This document shows, in pieces, positions 61,691 to 64,000 of a stretch of DNA of 64,000 nt. A program made the translations under genes and the position numbers. Position 1 is the first letter of the stretch. Each line of letters begins with the position of its first letter. The stretch spans positions 199,293 through 263,292 of the forward strand of contig JAJPJQ010000051.1 in assembly GCA_021324155.1 (NCBI GenBank), in the 5' to 3' direction. Under the pieces are notes generated by a model. That model was not told where the DNA came from and did no database searches. It saw only the letters and a list, made by a program, of their open reading frames with translations. This DNA comes from Pseudomonadota bacterium (GTDB taxonomy: Bacteria > Desulfobacterota > Binatia > UBA9968).

Positions 61691-63007
61691 CTAGCGCCGA
61701 TGCCGCGCGCGCCCGTCGCGCCACGCGCGCGTGGGATCGTCGTCGGGGTCCGGCGTCTCCTGCGGCGGACGCAGGTCTTCGGGCACGTGGCGCAGATTCA
61801 CCCGGATGCGCGTCCAGGTCGACGACCGGCCGCGCATCGAGTCGACCAGCACGTCGTCGGCGGCGAGCAGCGCGGCGGCTTCGGGATGTTTGTTTTTCCA
61901 CCGCTCCAGGCCGGCGCGCGCCGCTTCCTTATCCGGCGAATTCGCAATCGTGACCAGCGGCGCTTTCGCGCGCGGCTTTTTCGCCGCGGTGTTCTTTGCC
62001 GCCGCGGCGCGGGCGCGCGACGGCGCGACGCGCGGCGCCTCGCCTTCCATCTTGCGGAAGTGGGGCGGCCAGGGCGCGTCGCCGAGGCCGTCGGCCTCGT
62101 CTTGTGCCGCGAGCTCCAGCAGCTTTTCGAGCGAGCCCGGCGCTTGATCCATATCCGCGTGCGGATCGCCCAATTCGGCCAGGCGCCGCGGCACCGTGAG
62201 CACGGTGAAATCGGCCGGATCGCAGTCGGCGACCTCATCCCAATGCAGCGGGGTCGACACGCGCGCGTCGGCAAGCGGGCGCACGGAGTAGGCCGAGCAG
62301 GTCGTGCGGTCCTTCGCGTTCTGGTTGTAGTCGAGGAACACGCCGTGGCGCTCTTCCTTCCACCATTTGGAGCTCGCCAGCGCCGGCGCGCGCCGCTCGA
62401 TCGCGCGCGACAGCGCGAGCGCGGCGCGCCGCACTTCGACGAAGCTCCAGCGCCGCTCGATTCGCGCGTTCACGTGCATGCCGCGCGAGCCGCTCGTCTT
62501 GGGCCAGCCGCAGAGACCCATCTCCTCGAGAAACGCTTTCACCTCGAGCGCGACGCGGCGCACGTCGTCCCAGGCGACGCCCGGATTGGGATCGAGGTCG
62601 ACGCGCAATTCGTCGGGATGGTCGAGATCGCCCGCGCGCACCGGATGCGGATGGAGCTCGATGCAGCCGAGGTTAACGATCCACGCGAGTCCGGCCGCGT
62701 CATCGACCACTATCTCCTCCGCCGTGCGGCCCGATGGGAACGACAGCGTCACGGTGCGCAGCCACGGAGGCCGCTGCGCCGGAGCGCGCTTTTGATAAAA
62801 CGGCGGCGCATCGGCGCCGTCGACGAAGCGCTTGAGCACGAGCGGGCGGTCGCGAATCCCGCCGAGCGCGCCCGACGCGACCGATAGATAGTAGCGCACG
62901 AGATCGAGCTTTGAGAGCTTGGTCTGCTTTGAAAAATAGGCCTTGTCGGGGTTCGTCACGCGAACCTCGCGCCCGTCGATCGACAGAATCTCGGAGGTGT
63001 CTTTCAT
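61691..63007 (-). CDS. NHEJ polymerase/primase (LigD Pol domain) with long basic/proline-rich C-terminal tail
   Basis: LRVDLDPNPG and SGSRGMHV match the PolDom (LigD_N) catalytic blocks. The ~140-aa C-terminal extension is low-complexity. Antisense ORF 61145..62887 rejected. Confidence 0.75.
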   Translation of the reverse strand: MKDTSEILSIDGREVRVTNPDKAYFSKQTKLSKLDLVRYYLSVASGALGGIRDRPLVLKRFVDGADAPPFYQKRAPAQRPPWLRTVTLSFPSGRTAEEIVVDDAAGLAWIVNLGCIELHPHPVRAGDLDHPDELRVDLDPNPGVAWDDVRRVALEVKAFLEEMGLCGWPKTSGSRGMHVNARIERRWSFVEVRRAALALSRAIERRAPALASSKWWKEERHGVFLDYNQNAKDRTTCSAYSVRPLADARVSTPLHWDEVADCDPADFTVLTVPRRLAELGDPHADMDQAPGSLEKLLELAAQDEADGLGDAPWPPHFRKMEGEAPRVAPSRARAAAAKNTAAKKPRAKAPLVTIANSPDKEAARAGLERWKNKHPEAAALLAADDVLVDSMRGRSSTWTRIRVNLRHVPEDLRPPQETPDPDDDPTRAWRDGRARHRR

Positions 63008-63352
63008 CCTAAGAATCCGGCCAGCGGTCCGCCAATTATGGCGCAGGCCCTTTACAGCTTAGCAATTTTGCTTCATGCACCGAAGGCCAACGTTTCAAGA
63101 CACAAGCACACCAGAACGACGCCGCACGACGGATCTGAAACTCACCCAAGAATTTGCTAAGATCGCAAAACGCCGAATGCCGAGTTACTTAGAAAGAGCG
63201 CGGCCCGGCCTGATTAATGTGACAAGCTCGTCCCTGTTCTGCAACGGAGCCGCGATGACTACTATTAACATCCCCCGCCGCACAGGTTGCCGGAATTGAT
63301 CACCGCCCGCACCGAAAGACGGGCCGCGCGGCGGATTTTTTTCGGCTGGTAC

Positions 63353-64000
63353 ATGGTCGCCGCGAGCGTCGTGGCGAACACGATCTTCTCGGCCGCCTAC
63401 TTCCAGGGCTTCGGCGTTCTCATTCTTCCGATCGAGCGCGCCTTCGGCTGGGACCGCTGGGTTATCTCGGCCGCCATGTCGCTGCGCCAGCTGGAGTCCG
63501 GCATCGTCAGTCCGGCCGTCGGCTTCCTGCTCGACCGCGTCAGCGGGCGTAAGTTGATTTTCTGGAGCGCCGTCATCTCCGGCGCCGGCTTCATCGGCCT
63601 CGGCTTTACTAGCGGCGTGGTCACGTTTTTTATTTTTTTCGTGATCATTTCGCTGGGCGCATCCGGCGTCAGTCATGCGGTCACCTGGCCGGTGATCATC
63701 TCGCGATGGTTTCGCCGCAATCGGGGCCTGGCCACCGGCCTTGCGGTGACCGGCCCGATCTTCGGCTCGCCGTTCGTCATACTCAACACGCAAATCGAGG
63801 AGGCCTACGGCTGGCGCGTTGTCCTCTTCGCCTACGGCGCGCTCGTCCTCGTCATTGTCACCCTAATCAGCATGCTGGTGCGCGATCGACCGGAGCCTTA
63901 CGGTCTCACGCCCGACGGTGATCCGCCCGAGGGGGGCGCCGCCGCGCAGCGCCTCGCCGGCGCGCCGTACAAGCGAGCGGATGCGGGACTGACGCTCCGC
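63353..64000 (+). CDS. MFS transporter (partial, continues beyond window; start uncertain)
   Basis: From ATG 63353: MVAASVVANTIFSAAYFQGFGVLILPIERAFGW... with successive TM helices. The basic stretch just upstream (RRAARRIFFGWY) is in frame, so a GTG/TTG start further 5' is possible. Confidence 0.55.
   Translation, partial: MVAASVVANTIFSAAYFQGFGVLILPIERAFGWDRWVISAAMSLRQLESGIVSPAVGFLLDRVSGRKLIFWSAVISGAGFIGLGFTSGVVTFFIFFVIISLGASGVSHAVTWPVIISRWFRRNRGLATGLAVTGPIFGSPFVILNTQIEEAYGWRVVLFAYGALVLVIVTLISMLVRDRPEPYGLTPDGDPPEGGAAAQRLAGAPYKRADAGLTLR

Noticed and set aside
61145-62887. 580-aa plus-strand ORF antisense to the LigD PolDom gene
   Set aside because: The minus frame contains PolDom catalytic blocks (DLDP, SGSRGMHV). 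The plus frame is Arg/Ala low complexity.
63185-63793. 202-aa minus-strand ORF overlapping the MFS transporter start
   Set aside because: Arg/Asp-rich low-complexity frame. The plus frame gives consecutive TM helices typical of an MFS transporter.
1-64000. Search for CRISPR arrays, rRNA genes, integrases, toxin-antitoxin pairs and phage structural genes
   Set aside because: No direct-repeat/spacer periodicity, rRNA-like conserved blocks, or integrase/recombinase-like ORFs were seen. The only mobile-element signal is the decayed transposase remnants at 19118-20149.

Overview
Gene-dense, high-GC (~65-70%) bacterial chromosomal segment with most genes on the minus strand; long antisense ORFs are the expected high-GC artefact.

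Content, called from the translated ORFs:
- Periplasmic solute-binding proteins are over-represented: at least 9 NMT1/THI5 (SsuA/TauA-like) substrate-binding proteins, none with an adjacent permease or ATPase gene. There is also a TctC-type receptor, a complete TAXI-TRAP pair and two or three family-1 binding proteins.
- Secreted hydrolases: four tandem MBL-fold paralogs with an atypical first metal-ligand position, an M20 peptidase and two amidohydrolases.
- Assorted catabolic enzymes: a tungsten-type aldehyde:ferredoxin oxidoreductase, a PEP-mutase/isocitrate-lyase family protein, a dienelactone hydrolase, a class II aldolase, two Pht5-like decarboxylases, a DapA-like lyase, a luciferase-like monooxygenase, and a Tat-exported ThDP-dependent enzyme next to a c-type cytochrome.
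- Housekeeping and repair: crcB preceded by a clear fluoride riboswitch, tRNA-Val(CAC), pal, and nfo followed by a split LigD (ligase gene convergent with a Pol-domain gene).

Most notable:
- A 206-bp direct duplication (~96% identical) of a divergent promoter/5' region brackets a 1.03-kb low-GC insert. The insert carries decayed N-terminal IS200/RAYT-like and C-terminal IS3-OrfA-like transposase remnants plus one orphan ORF.
- An AAC(6')-I-like aminoglycoside acetyltransferase sits in a low-GC islet.
- A family of GTTTCGAGTTTC-based hairpin/terminator elements recurs at four intergenic sites.
- A 27-bp inverted repeat built from TCAGCNN heptads lies upstream of the cytochrome c gene.
- Two paralogous miniature Cys/Tyr/Arg-rich lipoproteins sit next to a secreted protein and an LVIVD beta-propeller.
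- An EVE-domain gene overlaps (ATGA) a His-rich SAM methyltransferase.

No rRNA or CRISPR array was seen.
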